IMG/VR virus record: IMGVR_UViG_3300007735_000799
Span: 55,267-119,266 of that record
From: a virus
DNA length: 64,000 nucleotides
Strand: one strand, 5' to 3'
Numbering within the stretch: the stretch's first letter is position 1; every line of letters starts with the position of its first letter. The notes beneath the pieces were generated by a model, which did no database searches, had not been told where the DNA came from, and was given only the letters and a program-made list of their open reading frames with translations. A program made the translations under genes and the position numbers. Below are positions 62,076-64,000 of the stretch, one piece after another.

Positions 62076-62613
62076 TGAAGAATTCCATATTGTAATAGGT
62101 GAATGACATTGAAGCGGTTGCCGTCATATTATTTGCTTCAGGATCTGCGCTGTTTAAAGTCATGCCTGAAAGTCTATTTGGAAATAATCCTCGGAAAGTT
62201 ATTCTGAACTTTGGATTTTTCTTGGCAGATAAAACAATTAATTGTCCTTCTTCACTCATCCAATTTCTATATTTTAATATAGGATCATCATCGGTAAAAG
62301 TAGTCATATGACGAAACCATTCTTGAAGTTCTGTATAATTTTTTAGTTTTTCATCTACAAGATAAGTGAACGACAACTCTCCATGTATAATCTCGCTGCC
62401 TGGAACTTTAAGATTCATACCTCTTCCTCTTTTATACTTCAGTTCCGGACAACTCATACCTGGCATGCTTACATTAGTGCAAAAGTAAACAGCATTTGGT
62501 ACTTTGGGTAGAAAAAACACAAAGTTGGTGTTGTATGCTAAATTTGTGTTTGATGGTTGGCTGCCCAAAGCACCAGCGGTTATGTAATTTGGTATACCGT
62601 AGTCTTTTTCCAT
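62068..62613 (-). CDS. gp3: Tail completion/tube terminator-like protein, copy 1
   Basis: NF.F.LPKVPN.VYFC..V.MPG...YLVDE.L.NY.EL..W...FP..LSG; CTAAATA 5 nt upstream. Confidence 0.8.
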   Translation of the reverse strand: MEKDYGIPNYITAGALGSQPSNTNLAYNTNFVFFLPKVPNAVYFCTNVSMPGMSCPELKYKRGRGMNLKVPGSEIIHGELSFTYLVDEKLKNYTELQEWFRHMTTFTDDDPILKYRNWMSEEGQLIVLSAKKNPKFRITFRGLFPNRLSGMTLNSADPEANNMTATASMSFTYYNMEFFND

Positions 62614-62684
62614 AAGAGTATTTAGAAAAGAAAGGACGGCTCTGAAGCCGTCCTCTCATAGGGTATAATGTATATTTTAATGTT

Positions 62685-64000
62685 TTATGGCAATGGAAGT
62701 TCTGCAACATCATCCTGTCTAGCAACAAATCGCCTTGTTGTTGATAGGATATTGTTGTTTGTATCAGCAACAAAGTTCTCGGAAGATACTGCGTTATTGA
62801 TATTCTTGTTGAACAATGCAATACCAGAACTGGTTCTAATTGTGCAAGTGTCGTCTGCGTAGATACCACCCAATATTTGAGTTGTTGTACCGGCAGCAGG
62901 AAGTAATCCAAAATTCCAAGAGTTTATATCAGGAGCCGCATTAAGTAACAATTCTGATTGTCTACTCATTCGCAAACTACCAATATCAATTGAACTGTTT
63001 TGAGCATCCCTCCAAGCACTTATTTTTGTATTAACTACTTGAGCGTCTGCTATAGCAACAGTTCCCATGAACACAAGATTTGTTGGAGTTAAGTAGTTGT
63101 TGAAAATTTCCAAAGAAGAAATTTTAGCAGAACCTGTATAGCCTATACCAGTAACTCCTGAATAATTTAGGAAGTTGCCTATAGCCACATTAACTTGACT
63201 GCTTGTTATTCCTCTAGTGGTTTGAAAAACTTCTGGAGTTGCGTTTACTGACAATTTACCGTATTCAACACCAGTTAAACCACTCGTTAAGGTATATCCT
63301 AAAGCAGCAAGAGGTTTATCTGAAATTTCACCTAGAACTGTTAATGGATATTCTGATAATCCCAAATATTGTGTAGTGTTTGAGTAGGAATATACAGTAT
63401 TGATATTCATTTTTCCAACAGTAGAATTGTTATCTACAACAACATTGCATAGATTATATCCCGCATATGATCCTAGAGTGAGTCCAGAACTATTCCATCC
63501 TAGATTCACTTCAGGATAACCGTATAGACCTTGATTTAAATCGGTATAGTCTTGACGAATTTGCGTTACATCACCACTTGTTCGTATAAAATTATCGCTT
63601 GGTCGGGATTCGTCTCGGAATTCGTTTAAGAAACCTGTTAAATGAATTTTTGATCTGCTTGATGGGCCATTGTTCCAAGAATTTCCACTACCACCCGATC
63701 CCTTTGTAAACAATCCAACAGGATATCCCGCAGGAGAAACCGCTTTAACAAGATTTAAGAAGATTACTTTATTGTTTGCTCTTGAAGATTCTTCTTTAAA
63801 TGATTGTGCTTTAAGTTTTAGTGATTGATAGTGCGGATTAGCGGAATATGCACCAAAAGTTACACCGTATGCGGCACTTACACCAGTTACAGAACCTGAA
63901 GTAACTCCCATAGAGTATAGTGAGTTTAATCCTCCACCAACAATATTAAATGGATATTTTTGTTCGTAGCCATATTCCCATTTAATGTTTACTTCTTGTA
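62685..64000 (-). CDS. Beta-structured virion protein, paralog of 46766..48706 (5' end outside window)
   Basis: Frame stays open to the edge (...KYPFNIVGGG...); shares IG.LRM...TQI.GGI..+DTCTIR.S.G with 46766..48706. Confidence 0.7.
   Translation of the reverse strand, partial: QEVNIKWEYGYEQKYPFNIVGGGLNSLYSMGVTSGSVTGVSAAYGVTFGAYSANPHYQSLKLKAQSFKEESSRANNKVIFLNLVKAVSPAGYPVGLFTKGSGGSGNSWNNGPSSRSKIHLTGFLNEFRDESRPSDNFIRTSGDVTQIRQDYTDLNQGLYGYPEVNLGWNSSGLTLGSYAGYNLCNVVVDNNSTVGKMNINTVYSYSNTTQYLGLSEYPLTVLGEISDKPLAALGYTLTSGLTGVEYGKLSVNATPEVFQTTRGITSSQVNVAIGNFLNYSGVTGIGYTGSAKISSLEIFNNYLTPTNLVFMGTVAIADAQVVNTKISAWRDAQNSSIDIGSLRMSRQSELLLNAAPDINSWNFGLLPAAGTTTQILGGIYADDTCTIRTSSGIALFNKNINNAVSSENFVADTNNNILSTTRRFVARQDDVAELPLP

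Noticed and set aside
1-64000. Stop-codon reassignment (TAG stops are rare)
   Set aside because: gp46, gp47, gp55 and UvsW are full length under the standard code with no in-frame TAG; TAG is used as a real stop at 38816 and 56947

Overview
The window is 64 kb of a large T4-like myophage genome, almost all on the minus strand. The right end is a conserved T4-like core block (two gp3-like genes, uvsY, uvsW, gp55 late sigma, gp47, gp46). The rest is accessory DNA with sharp compositional compartments. GC-rich blocks (about 7-10.7 and 21-27.3 kb) sit behind near-consensus sigma70-type promoters that appear to give leaderless mRNAs. AT-rich blocks sit behind T4-like late promoters ((C/A)TAAATA). 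Main observations: (1) two late operons whose genes start with a T4 capsid-targeting-like peptide (MKxF...[L/I]xE) and include six paralogous R-S-ExE ADP-ribosyltransferases (one fused to a ParB/Srx-like domain) and a PD-(D/E)xK nuclease, suggesting a large injected host-takeover or anti-defence payload; (2) four tandem 490-580 aa Cys-rich genes that share a 68-nt identical core and a mosaic of other shared blocks, suggesting module shuffling; (3) two phage-encoded PEP-CTERM-type (VPAP/VPSP) surface proteins plus an outer-membrane beta-barrel, pointing to a diderm, possibly planctomycete, host; (4) a tRNA interrupted after U34 by a group I intron at the left edge; (5) a candidate late small RNA, a repeated upstream motif (TTATCGGAC) and a dispersed family of small proteins with a shared C-terminal W-x-x-L-x-x-x-G helix. 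All functional calls come from motif recognition by eye, and no database search was run.
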